Assembly (NCBI RefSeq): GCF_016432865.1
Contig: NC_067402.1
Span: forward strand, 292,888,001 to 292,952,000
Reading direction: 5' to 3'
Source: Antechinus flavipes
Taxonomy: Eukaryota
Length of the DNA: 64,000 nt
Below the pieces are notes generated by a model. The model did no database searches. It saw nothing but the letters and a program-made list of their open reading frames with translations, and was not told the origin of the DNA. The translations under genes were made by a program, and so were the position numbers. Shown in pieces: positions 48,468 to 60,099 of the stretch (positions within the stretch are counted from its first letter, which is position 1; every line of letters starts with the position of its first letter).

Positions 48468-49165
48468 GATACTAAAAAAGGGAAGGGGACCTGTATGTGC
48501 CAAAATGTTTGTAGCAGCCCTGTTTGTAGTGGCTAGAAACTGGAAAATGAATGGATGCCCATCAATTGGAGAATGGCTGGGTAAATTGTGGTATATGAAT
48601 GTTATGGAATATTATTGCTCTGTAAGGAATGACCAGCAGGATGAATACAGAGAGGCTTGGAGAGACCTACATGGACTGATGCTAAGTGAGATGAGCAGAA
48701 CCAGGAGATCATTATACACTTCGACAACGATATTGTATGAGGATGTATTCTGATGGAAGTGGATTTCTCTGACAAAGAGACTTAACTGAGTTTCATTGGA
48801 GAAATGATGGACAGAAACAGCTACACCCAAAGAAGGAATACTGGGAATGAATGTGAACTATTTGCATTTTTGATTTTCTTCCCGAGTTATTTTTACCTTC
48901 TGAATCCAATTCTCCCTGTGCAACAAGAGAACTGTTTGGTTCTGCAAATATGTATTGTATCTAGGATATACTGCAACATGTTTAGCATATATAGGACTGC
49001 TTGCCATCCTGGGGGGGGGGAGGAGGGAGGGAGGGGGAAAAAACGAAACATAAGTGATTGCAAGGGATAATGTCGTGTAGAAATTATCCTGGCATGGATT
49101 CTGTCAATGCGAAGTTATTATTAAATAAAATAAAATTTATTATAAAAAAAAATATTAAAAAAAAA
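48468..49165 (+). mobile_element. Young 5'-truncated L1 with 16-bp target-site duplication
   Basis: TSD ATAATCGTTTCTCTGA at 48452-48467 and 49166-49181; undisrupted ORF2 C-terminus MFVAALFVVARNWK...IGEWLGKLWYMNVMEYYC...; 3' UTR and A-rich tail. Confidence 0.92.
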
Positions 49166-49399
49166 ATAATCGTTTCTCTGATTATCTCTTTTAATTAGAT
49201 CTAATTTGGTTCTTTGTAATCATGACTGCTAGTTGTCTTTTTTTACTTTAATTGAAGCATAGCTTATTTTGCTCTAGTCCTTTTTTTTTTTTAAACTCTG
49301 AGTGTGTTTCTGTTTTAAGTTTCAACAATATAAGTGTTCATTTGGGATGAGAACACAAATTTGTAGTGGACCAACTCAGTACAATTGTGTAATCTCTTG

Positions 49400-50250
49400 T
49401 TATATTCAGCCATAGGTCAGTAGGAGCAGAGATGGAAGGTCAAAGTATTCCAACTTGGGGTTTAGCTGGGAACACATGGTGATAAGGAGGCAAGTGATTT
49501 GGGGACAACAAAGTTGAAAGAGATCATCTCTAGGGTTAAGCTCGGGGTGGGGGGGTAAGGTAGTGAAGTCATAAGAAGGGTGATAGCCTAGGAAAACACA
49601 CAGAGGAATGAGGGAGAAATGAGAGGACTGAAGCTCCATGAGGATGAAGAAAAGACTTCTTGAGACGCTGAGGGAGATGGAATCATAGGCTATGTTTAGA
49701 TGGAGGAATTCCAGAATTTGAATGAGTGAACAGGGACAGTGTGACTGTCTCTGTGTGGCTGAGGTGAAATGAAGTTATTGATTGTGAAGCTGAGGTTGAA
49801 AGCCCAGAAAACCTGAGTGTTGAATGAGCAGCAATGCCTCTGGATGCTGAAGTTCCCTAGTGTCCCTTGAGAATGGAGGGAGAATATCTTGGGGGATGGT
49901 GAAGAACTCCCACAAGAATTCATGCAAAGTAATGCACCAGAGATAAGCCTTCTGAATGGCTTTGGGCATGGGAAGGGGGCAGGAATAGGAGCTAGGAATA
50001 TGACATTTTCTCCTCCTGAATCAGGCTATTGGAGGACATGAGAAAAGGTGCCTCCAAGATCAGAAAGGATGGCCAGGAAGGAGTAGGAAAGAAAAAGGCC
50101 AAAGATGAAGACCAGTTTATAAATGAACAGAGTTCCTGAGGACACAGTGGAAAGTGGATGGAATTGGATTAGAGCTCAGGAGGAGGATGACAGAATTGGA
50201 TAACGAATGAGAAATGGTGATTAGGGAACAGGAACTTAGCATCACTGATA
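49400..50250 (-). mobile_element. L2 endonuclease/RT remnant
   Basis: Minus strand ILVGVLHHPP.YSPSIL resembles the L2 endonuclease region. Confidence 0.55.
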
Positions 50251-51999
50251 TTGTGTACTCATTAGTTGTAATATGGGGATAGGGCATTTTTTACCGGGTC
50301 TCCCAAACTCATTTTGTGAATAGCTGGGATTGATATCACTTCTTTCGAAAACTAGGGAAGAAGGGAAATTGGGTGTGTATTGTTTGTGGCTCTTTCCCAT
50401 ATGAGGTCCTGAACTGAGTTCTTCAGTTGAAGGTTAGGTACAAAAGGCTCTGACTTTTGAGGAAGAATGGTTCAGATTACGGCCTGGGATCCTTTTTTGC
50501 CTACCAAGATAACTAAAAACATCATCTTTTTGCTGTCCTTTAGCCTTCCTTTGAAGCTTCAACTTATTCTTAGCTTCAGACTTTTTACTTTTTTCCCCCC
50601 CAAAGGACCTTGCTATACTATGATAATTTGTTCTCCCTTATCTATCTTTGTCTCTATCTTCCATGTCTTTTAAATTAGCTTATTTTAATTTATTTGATAC
50701 ATCTTTGTGCATTCACATAGATTTTGGGAACACCTCCCTCTGTGCCCTTTCTCACTGCAGTTATTTTCTTTTGTGTATGTCAATTTTTCCTTGTATCTGC
50801 TTTATTAGGGGCTCTTATCCTCTTTTCTCTTCTTCCAGGTATCTTCTGCCCTGTCCAAGTCAGATTTCTCAATATCTCCCACATTTCTATCTCTAATCAT
50901 TTGCTTACACTGTTCACTATCTCTGAGAGATTTTTCTTGCTCATTTTCTCTCAAATTCTTTCCCATTCTTTAAAGCCTTTCCCAATCCCTCCACCCTGGG
51001 ACCTCACATAGTGCTTTGTTTTGCATCTCTCTCATGATGAACTCATTGTATGTTATAGTTAGCTTTGTGTTATAGCCTTTTACTTTATTGCCCAGAGCAA
51101 AGATCTTACCCATTTAAGCATGAAAGTATTTATCAAGCCTTTTTTCAGTTGAAAAGTTGAATGTAGAACAAATTTTTGCAAAGTGAATCTTTCTTTTTAA
51201 AAAAAGTTTTGTTAATTTTTAAAAATTTTTCCTGGTAACAAAGATTTAACCCCAACAACCAAGAAAGTCTCGCATAAAAGCAGAACTAGCCAATACATTG
51301 GCCATTTCTAACAGCATACAAACCATTCTATAGCCACAGTTTTGCTTCTTTCTTGAGGAGGGTGTATTTTCTCACCCGGTCTCTGGGGTTCTTGCTGGTT
51401 GTTTATAATGACACAAAGATCAATTTTTGTTTTGCTTAAGTCATAGTCATGCATCTTATTATCCTGGTTCTGCTCTATTTTGCATCAGTTCATGATAAGT
51501 CTTCCTAGAATTCTCCAACTTCTTCATAATATCTCATTCTACATCTATACCACAGATTGTTAAATTATTCCCTCTCAATGGGCACCCAATTTTCAGTTCT
51601 TTGCTATCAATGTTTTTAAATAGAATTTTTTTTTCTGCTGACATATTATTTTGGAGGCTGTGTTTCTCCATTTCTGAATGATTTCAATTGTCATTGAGTA
51701 TCCCAATCTTTTTCCTGCCCTTCCTGTGAGGTGAATAGTCCATGACCAGAGATACCTTAGTTTAGACCAGAATCCTAATGAGAAATTTGGGGTTGACCTA
51801 GACAACAACTCTTTCTTGGTACTTCTGTTTTTGTGGTTAGAAATTCCTGCCTCCTGTTCCTTTTCTGGGCGCTAGAATTTCTGGCTTTGGAGAGGAAAAG
51901 CCCCTTTCCATCTTCTGTAATGTTCTTGGACGCTGGGTCTGTCCTTCCTGGGTCACTGTCTCCAGACATGCTGGCTACTACTTTCTTTAGGTCCTGAGA

Positions 52000-53990
52000 C
52001 ACATAGTTTCCACCACTGCCTTGTCCAGATCCTCCCTTTGTTATCATTACTCAGCACTTTCTTTTCCTCTGAGGTTAATTAACTCCATCTCTCCAGATGA
52101 CCTATACAGATTTTTCCAGCCTCAACTACCAGCTTTTAGATCACATACTCTCTTCATCTTCCTAATTCAGATTTACTCCAAACCTTATTTGCTTTTCTCC
52201 TCTTTGGTGACTTCAATATTTATGTTAATGACTCCATCCCAAAGCCACCCTAGATCAACCTCAGTAACCCTCAACCTTAGACCTCATCATTACCAGAGAT
52301 TACTCTGTCTAACATCTATAACTTGGAACAGTCCCTTGTCCTTCACCTCTCTCTACCTCACTCTGAAACCCGTTCTTATTCTTGTGACTGCCAATCTGAC
52401 TGTGACTTCTTTCCCTGTCCATTCCTTATCCTTTTTTTCCCATTACAATTAACTCAAGCACAGTTGCTATCTTTTCTGGGTCCAGAAAAATCCTGTATTT
52501 CTCCTTCTTTGACTATACAACTCCTAGAAAGACACATATACTTTCCCCCTAATCACTTAAATCTCAACCTCTTACAGTTTAGCTTTTGACCTCAAATGTT
52601 CTATTGAAACCGTTCTGACAAAAACAGCCAATAATCTCTTAACTGCTAAATTATACAACTTTTCCTCAGTTTTCACCTTTAAACTTTCTGCAGCTTTTTA
52701 AACACTGCTGACCACCCGTTACCCCACTTGGATTCTGTGATCGCTTTCTCCTGACTCTCCTTGTGGTCTTATTGCTCATTCCCAAGATTATTAGATTCTT
52801 GTCTTTCCTCTCCCTTGGGATCTCATTTGTTCCCTTGGGTTCAATTATCTTCTCTAAGCAGATGATTTGCAATCATTATTTCCAGTACGAATTTTCTTTC
52901 CTGAATTTTGAGTCTCAAATTTCCTTATGTCCACTGCCATTTAGCTCAAAATTAACATGCCTGAAACAGATGGACTCTTCATATGTTGGAGCTGTGGTGG
53001 AGCATTCCGAACTCCTATTGATCTGATAACCTGGTTGGATACTGTTATTCGATTTCTAATATAGTGATGCATTTTGGTCCTCTGAGAAGGAAAGACAACA
53101 ATCAGCCTGCTGAGGAACCATGTCTTCCCATCCCAGGGTACTAGATTTGAATACCTGGACTCATCTTGAATCTTCCCTCTAAATATCTGGTTCCTAATCC
53201 TGTCCATTCTAACCTCACGTCTTGCCCATTCATTTCCTTCTTGACCCTACTTCAGGCCACACAGGCCAGATGGCCGTTCCTCCAGTGTAGGCTTTAATCG
53301 CCACTTTCCACAAGGAGCTTCCTCCTTCAGTTCTCCCCTGCCCCTAATCCGTCCTTTACCTGGTTGCCAAAATCATCTTCCTAATTCAAAGGTCTCTCAA
53401 TGGCCCCTACTTTAAACACTGAACCACAAGTGGTTCCATACTGGTCCTAGGGAATTATGGGTCCAGAGGCATCTTGGAGGCTATCATTCCAAACACATCC
53501 GGAAGTGAAGTCACTGCTCAGGGTCACACAGGTGATGTCAGAAGGAGGATCCAAAGCCATTTCACTATTTCTTGCTCTAGTGAAGGACAAATCCCTTAGC
53601 CAGTAATAAGAGCCCCCAATTCCCCTACTTTTCCCGTTTTATTTCATACCACTCCCCTTGACTCATTTCAGGCCAAACTGGACCAGCAAGTTCCAAGTGC
53701 TTGGAATACTCACGTGTCCCTCATGCTTGGAATACTCTTCCTTCTTCACCCCAACCTCTTAAAATCCATAGCTTCCCTCAAGGCTCATCTCAGGGATGTC
53801 CTTGATTATTCATCTTATTGCACCCACAAAAATGATTGAAAAAACATCTTATTTGTGTAAATAAACATTTCAGACTTCACTATGTACAGGTTGTTTTCCC
53901 CGTAGGACGGAAGCTCCTGGAGGGCAGAAATGATTTTCTTTGTACTCCTAGGTTTTAGTATCGGGTGAGTGCTTGAGAAGCGTTCACTAA
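52000..53990 (+). mobile_element. L2 LINE (EN, RT and 3' end)
   Basis: GGTGACTTCAATATT (GDFNI), ET.L.K..N.LL.AK...LSAAF..TADH at ~52600-52720, 3' end AAGCTCCTGGAGGGCAG at ~53910. Confidence 0.75.
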
Positions 53991-54927
53991 ATCCAAGTGG
54001 GCGGCCACTTTCCTCCGGCTCCACCTGCGATGCCCACAGTCTCCTCTTTTCTGCAGCTTCCCCGGCCAAGTGTCTGGGTGACCTCCTCATGCAGCTGTCC
54101 CGGGGGCCCTGGTTCTCTCCCTGGAACCTTCTATTCTTGTCTGTGTGGATGGTAGGAGACCCTCTTGCCTCCAGAGCACTCAGGGGAGCAGGACCTGGGC
54201 CGGCAGGGGGAGATGCACTGGAGCGGGGCCTTGCCTCCTTCATAGAGATCAGACCGGGCGCTGCTTTCCTTCTCTGACTCACAGGGAAAAGCTCCCCCGT
54301 GGCTGCGCCCTCTCCCGACTGCCGGACCTCAGTTTAGCCATCTGTGAAAGGAGGGAGCTGGGCAGGTGGTTCCTAAAGGTCCGTCCAACTCAGGCACCGC
54401 TGGGGATCCTGGGAGGAGTGGGGCGACAAACCGCGGTCTTTAGCCCTTGGCGGTGTCTAGGGGTATTTTCTGGGATCCCCACGGAGACCGGGGATGGCTG
54501 GGACCCAGGCAGGGCCTTCCTGAGGGCTGGGGAGAGCGGAAGGAGAAAACCCTCGGGAGCGGACTCTTGGGGCACCCCCATCCGGAGGAGGGAATTAGGG
54601 AGACCCCCACCAGCTGCAGCTTCTGGGGCACCGCCTCCCCCACCGGGCTCAGTGGCGAATTCTATGTGGGAGGCCTGACCTCGGAGCACTTTGCACAGCT
54701 CAGGCACAGAGCAGGGCTTGAATCAGTGTGACCTGAGGATGGGGGAGGGGAGACGGCTACAGGGAGGAACTCCTGAGGCACCACTTTTTTCGCAGGGGGT
54801 TCAGTGCACAGACCACGCCCGCGGCCTGGGGCAGCTTAGGTCGCGGAGCTCCCACGGACTACACAGGTATGCGTGCTTGGCTCCAGACCGGGGAACTCCC
54901 GGAGGAGGCGCGTCCCTCCGCACTCAC

Positions 54928-55070
54928 TCGCAGGCAGCCCGAGTCCAGCCGGACCACGAGCTCTGGGCTCGGTCGGACCCCGCCCTCCCTAAAGCCTCCT
55001 CAGCTGCCCCGCCCCAGCCGGACAGTCGGAGCGACAGACTGACCGACAGCTCCCGGTCGCCGGCCCGCCA
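54928..55070 (-). other. Putative divergent (minus-strand) non-coding first exon
   Basis: Donor CGA|GTGAGT at 54928/54927; no ATG in the exon; 5' end approximate. Confidence 0.35.
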
Positions 55071-55349
55071 AACACTTGGCCCCACCTCTCTCCGCTCGCT
55101 GATTGGATGTGAGCGTCTCTTCGCCCCGCCCAGCTCCAGGAATCCACTTATGATTGGGTGAAGCGTCTCCCCGTGACCCGCCACGCTTCCCGAAGTTACT
55201 GTTGATTGGGTATGGAATCTCCGCCCTGGCCGTTTACGCCCCTGCCCCCGCCTCCCCGCCCTGGGCGGGCGACATAGATTGGCTGAGGAAGTTTTCCCCG
55301 GCCCTGCCCATTGGCGAGGTTAAGGGAAGGCGATTGGTTAGCGGCCGAG

Positions 55350-55419
55350 GGGGCGGGAGTCCGAGAGAAGAAGCGGGCGAGCAAGATGGCGGCGGCAGTG
55401 GCGTCGGACCCGAGCTGAG
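55350..55419 (+). other. Putative first exon of the + strand gene, containing a 10-codon uORF (55386-55418, MAAAVASDPS*)
   Basis: Directly after the CCAAT array, overlaps YY1 motif, donor GAG|GTGACG at 55419/55420. Confidence 0.55.
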
Positions 55420-58249
55420 GTGACGCCCCGAGACCCCACCCCCCCACCCTCTCGAGCCTTGGGACCCCGCGACTGTGGAGGCCGCGACCCCCGAGGCCGA
55501 GAGCCGGGGCGCGTGTGTGCGGTGGCTCCTCGCTTTTGCTTCTCCTTCTCTGCCTGTCTCTCCATATGTCTCCAGGTCTCTGTCTCCATCTGTCAATCTC
55601 TGCTCGTGCGTCTCTTTCGCGCCGGCGCTCGGCGGCTCCTACCGGGGGGTTGCGAGGAGGTGCTTCGGGGCCGGGCGTATCGGGGCAGCTCGAGGCGGGA
55701 ATTCGTCCCAGAGGTTCTTGACTGAGGTTCTGTTGCCGGGTCCCCCTCCATCCTTGAGCCCATAGTTTTGTGGGGTTCTCCCCCGGGCGCCCCTGTGACA
55801 GAAGCCTCTCTTCTTTAGTCCAGTGAATGGAACCGCGTGTAGAAAGCCGAGAAAAGTTCCTAGTGAATGGAAATGCTTTCGGAAGTGCCCGGGTCCGAGT
55901 CGGACCCGCCCGGGGTCTGCGTGGCCGGCCATATCCCACGGCTAAGCGCCTGCGAGAGCCCGGGAATGCCCGGTCCATGCGCTTGATCCCCGGCCCTGTT
56001 ACTGACGACCCCTGGGGAATCCCTGACGCCCGTTTGCCCCTTGGTCTTGTGCAGTGCCGCGGCACCTTGGTCCCGTCCCTCCTCGCCTCCGGGCTGCAGT
56101 TGTCTCCTCGTGCCATCTTTCCCACTCCGTGGCCGAACCGTGTGGCCTCCAAGCCCCATTACAGCTCTCTTTCTCTCATTTTGAGAACTAAAGCCTGGCC
56201 ACGAGGCCGAACCTTCCGAGGCACGCGGAGTTTTATGCAAAAGGGCCAAGTCTTGTGGTGAAGCCTTAGATTTTAAACACCACAAAAGCGCGAGCTAAAT
56301 AGTTTCCTTTGTCTGACTGACTCAGTTTCTTTTGTGATCTTACCTTCGGGAAATCTCTGAAGACCATCTGCTGGCAGGAAACAGTCAGGGGCTGGTGGCT
56401 CAGGTGAATTGGAGGAACGAAAGTGCTGAGGCCAGAATCGCTGTTTTGGGGTATGGCACGGCAGTGGTAAAGAGTCTGAGAGACAGCATGGCGCGCAGAG
56501 CTTCATCGGACCCATTATTTATCAGCGGGGTTAGTTTTGTACTTCCCAGGATCAGAGCTTAGAGGTGGGAGCCACGGGAGAGTCAAAGAAGCCGATGGAG
56601 GGAGAGCTTTCTAACCATCAGCACTGGCCCAGAAACTAACTTAGAAGGCATTCAGTCCCCTACAGGGTCCATGCATCCCGCGGGTTACAGTAGTAAGTGG
56701 TGTTTGGGTCCCAGAGCTCCCAGATTTGCACTGTGGCAGGATGTCCGGCTCTCTGAGCCCTGTGGCTCCAGTTAGACGTTGTAGTTTTGCTTTGGGGTTA
56801 TATCCTGGATGGCAGAATTGTTTGGGAAGGCGCCTGGAATCAGAGTAGGCCCCTTATGAGTGAGCCTTGTCCTTTGGATCTGTGCTATGCGCCCATGAGG
56901 TTCTCTGTCTGAGAGAAGGATCTGCTTTATAAAACCTAATGTGTCCTGAACATCAGTGAGTGTGGGCAAGTTCTCTGTCAGGGAGGTTGGACCCTTTGGG
57001 CTGAACAGAGGGCTCGTGAAAGTCTTTTGGATGGGGAGATCTGCAGGAAAGAACATTTTTAGATGGCTTTTTACCCCGATCACTTCATGATTGCTGCTGC
57101 CAGGAGGAAAGACCTAACAATAGGAAAGAAAGGCCTATGATGGGGATGGAGAGGGAGGGGTGCAGCAGCAGCAGATGAAGAGGATTAGGAGCAATAAATA
57201 CTCATAGTTTTGTAACACTTTTTGGTTTACAAAATGAGCTCCTTGCTACCACCCTGTAAGGTGGATTTAATAAAGGGGGTGAAGAGTGAATGCAAGTAGA
57301 AGCTAGTGTCGAGAAACCTCGTTTAGTTCAGGCATCAGCAACAGACTTTAGGTTCTTTCCATTGTGGTCCCGTCCTGGCTGGATGCTGGTGCTGAAGGGA
57401 AGCAGCCAATCAGTACATGTCTTCAGGGGCTTTTAAAGGGGGTGTGCTTATAGTGGGAGAACTAAATTGAAGACTGCAGCCCTAGCAAAGCTGACTTGCT
57501 CTTTTTGGCCCAGTCAGGGCAACACCGGGGAGCCCTCCACTTTCCTTAGTGGAAGGGAGTCCACTCTGGGCCGATGTGTCTTTCCACATCTTTACTTTTT
57601 CTACTAGTTCTGGCGCCTGCTGACATTCTTTCTGGCATCTCCAACTCTGTGTCTAACCTGAGCAAGAAGGAGGAAGGAGCATCGGACATCTATCATTTCA
57701 CTGGGGGCACTCCATTCCTACTTTGCTCTTTGCGGACATTCATTAGTGGATCACGTGGGGAGTGTATCTGGCAGCCCCCTCCTCTCCCCCCCCTCCGCCA
57801 CCCAACTTATTTTGGGTTTTTCTGATATTGTCCCTCATGTGCAGTAATTCTCCACTGGTCACATGGAGTGAAAGACGTAGGAACCAGGGGGCATTATTAC
57901 GTTAGGGCCAGGCCCAATAAAATGCCTTTTATTTGAACCCTTGAGTGTAGTTCCCATTGCCCAGAAGGAAGGATGAATTGTCTGTGAAAGATTGTGTGGA
58001 GTGACTAAACTTGTTGGCAAGGGACTGGAGAAAGACCTGTGGCTTTTTTCTTTTCTTCTTTTTTTTTTTTTTCTCTTCAAAGGAAGTTTAGCAAACTAGA
58101 GCTTGATCTGATAGAATTCTAGGACTATAAGTAAAGCAGATTTTGAGAAAAGAGTGGTGGTCTTTGAGAGAATGCCAGCAAAACTTGGAGTTGCGATCAT
58201 GCCAGGCAAACCTCCTTTCCTTCTTGGACAGAATTGTGGTTGTTGTGGG

Positions 58250-60050
58250 TGGTTGTGGCTGCAGGTTTGGGGAAGATATTTGACTTTGTTAAATGCTTGT
58301 GGGTGGACAAGCTGGAGGGTTGATGCTGACTCCATTAAGTGAGTGGAGAAGTGGTTGAATGAGCCTTAATATCAGCTTGGAGGCAGGTCTCCAAAGGGTT
58401 GGGGATCACTGTTCTGGATTCTGTGCTATTTAATGCTTATGTTTTAATTTCATCACTGACTTGGATAAAAGTTTAAAGCATTGCAGGTGACTCCAAGTGG
58501 GGAGAGAAACTGAGCCCCATTTCAGAATGTCTTGTGGGATCCACAAAGATCTTAATAGGTGGAACAGTGGACTGATCAAATGTGGTGAAATATGATGGGG
58601 TGAATGGAAAGTCTCACCTGTGTGAGCTTTCAAAAAGTCAGCTTCACCAGTATGAGAAAGGGCTGACAGCCACATGTGTTTAGTGGGATGCAAGCTTAAT
58701 GAGCCAGCTAGGACGGGAGTCAGAAGAACTCAGGTCATTTTAGGCTGAATCAAGAGAAGTATCTGGTCCAGGATGAGAGAGACAGATGAGGTTCCCACCA
58801 TCCTGAGGTCTGGTCAGACTACTTGGAGTCTTGGGCTCAGTTCTAGACTCCACAGCTTAGGAAGGATGTTAAGTGATTCAATGTCCAGAGGAGGGACAAC
58901 CAGGAGAATCAAGAGCTTAGAAAAACCTGGCACAAAGTAGGTGCTTCATAAGTGTGCCTGCCAGCCTGATGAAGGCCTCGCTCAGTAGAGTGAAGGGGGA
59001 GATTTGTCTTATAAAAGAACCAAAGGGCCTGGACACAGTGACTTTGGGGACAGGGAGGGCTGCCATGTGGAGTGAACTCACTCGGATTTGGAACTTAGGG
59101 TGGAAGGGCAGAGGCAGACTTTGACCTGAGGGTGGGGAGAAGAGTCCTGTTCATGAGCACTAGAAGTGGGATGGGCTCCTTTGGGGAGTTCCTGAGGGGG
59201 AACCGTGGGAGGAAGTGATTACTCTATCGGAGAATTTGTGTTTCAGAAGAAGAAATCTGGGATGAGGTAGAAATATCAGAGCTTGAATTTTGAGAGAGCA
59301 GATTTAAAAGAATTTAGAGAAAGGATGATTAAGATTGGATCCTAGGGACTGAGAGTGTCAACCCAGGAGGGGTTGGAAGCGTTCAAGTAAAATGATGAGG
59401 ACAAAAAAAGAAAGATTTCTGAGGAGAAAAAGGGATAAATTTCTAGTGATCAAACTTAGATTATCAAGAGACACTTAGAAAAGATGGGGGTGAGATCAGA
59501 TAACAAGATGGACACAAAAACATGGTGTAGTCCTGGAAGAAAAGAGTTAGGTACGCTGAGTTGGAGAAGGAACTTGAGCTGATAATTATAGAAGAAAGGC
59601 TGAGATGATCACTATCCAGGGTTGATGAAACTGAGTGATAGCGGACACCAGAGAAAAACAGAGCTCACTTTTGGAGTTGAATAGTACAGAAGAGAGTAGA
59701 TCAGTAAGAAGTAGTAAAAGAGCTGTCAGTGGCTCTTGATGAGTTGAAGCCCCTTGGCCCATAGAGGAACTATGTACACTCTTAGAGAAAGATCTGAAAG
59801 ATGCGATCGCTGTTGGTGATCTTTGAAAGATTATGGAGAGTTGCTCCACAGATTTTTATAAGAGCATTTGTTTTCAAGATTTTCCAAAAAGAGAATAGTC
59901 TTCAAACTTCAGGCTTAAATAGTTTGACTACAATTTCTTGAAAAATTCCAGAATTTATTATTAAAGGGTGAACGTTTAGAAAAAGAAATGGTGATCACAG
60001 TCAGTCTGACATCTTTAATATGCCAGACTAACTATATATATTAAAGTTTG
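58250..60050 (+). mobile_element. L3/CR1 LINE fragments
   Basis: Degenerate CR1 RT (W..V..G...GSVL...LFN, IHKDLNRWNSG) at 58.3-59.1 kb and a further ORF2 segment at 59.2-60.0 kb. Confidence 0.6.
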
Positions 60051-60099
60051 CCACTGGATGGTGGTTCCTATTCATTTTTGCTCATTTATTTATTTCCCA

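Larger units (their letters stand above)
54400..56300. promoter_or_regulatory. CpG-island promoter with CCAAT array, GC boxes and YY1 motif
   Basis: ATTGG at 55102, 55153, 55205, 55278, 55310, 55333; CCCGCCC boxes; CAAGATGGCGGC (YY1) at 55382-55393. Confidence 0.85.

Noticed and set aside
55196-56152. 318-aa minus-strand ORF across the 55-kb island
   Set aside because: Starts at a non-ATG codon, Arg/Gly/Pro-rich, spans promoter motifs; CpG-island artefact.
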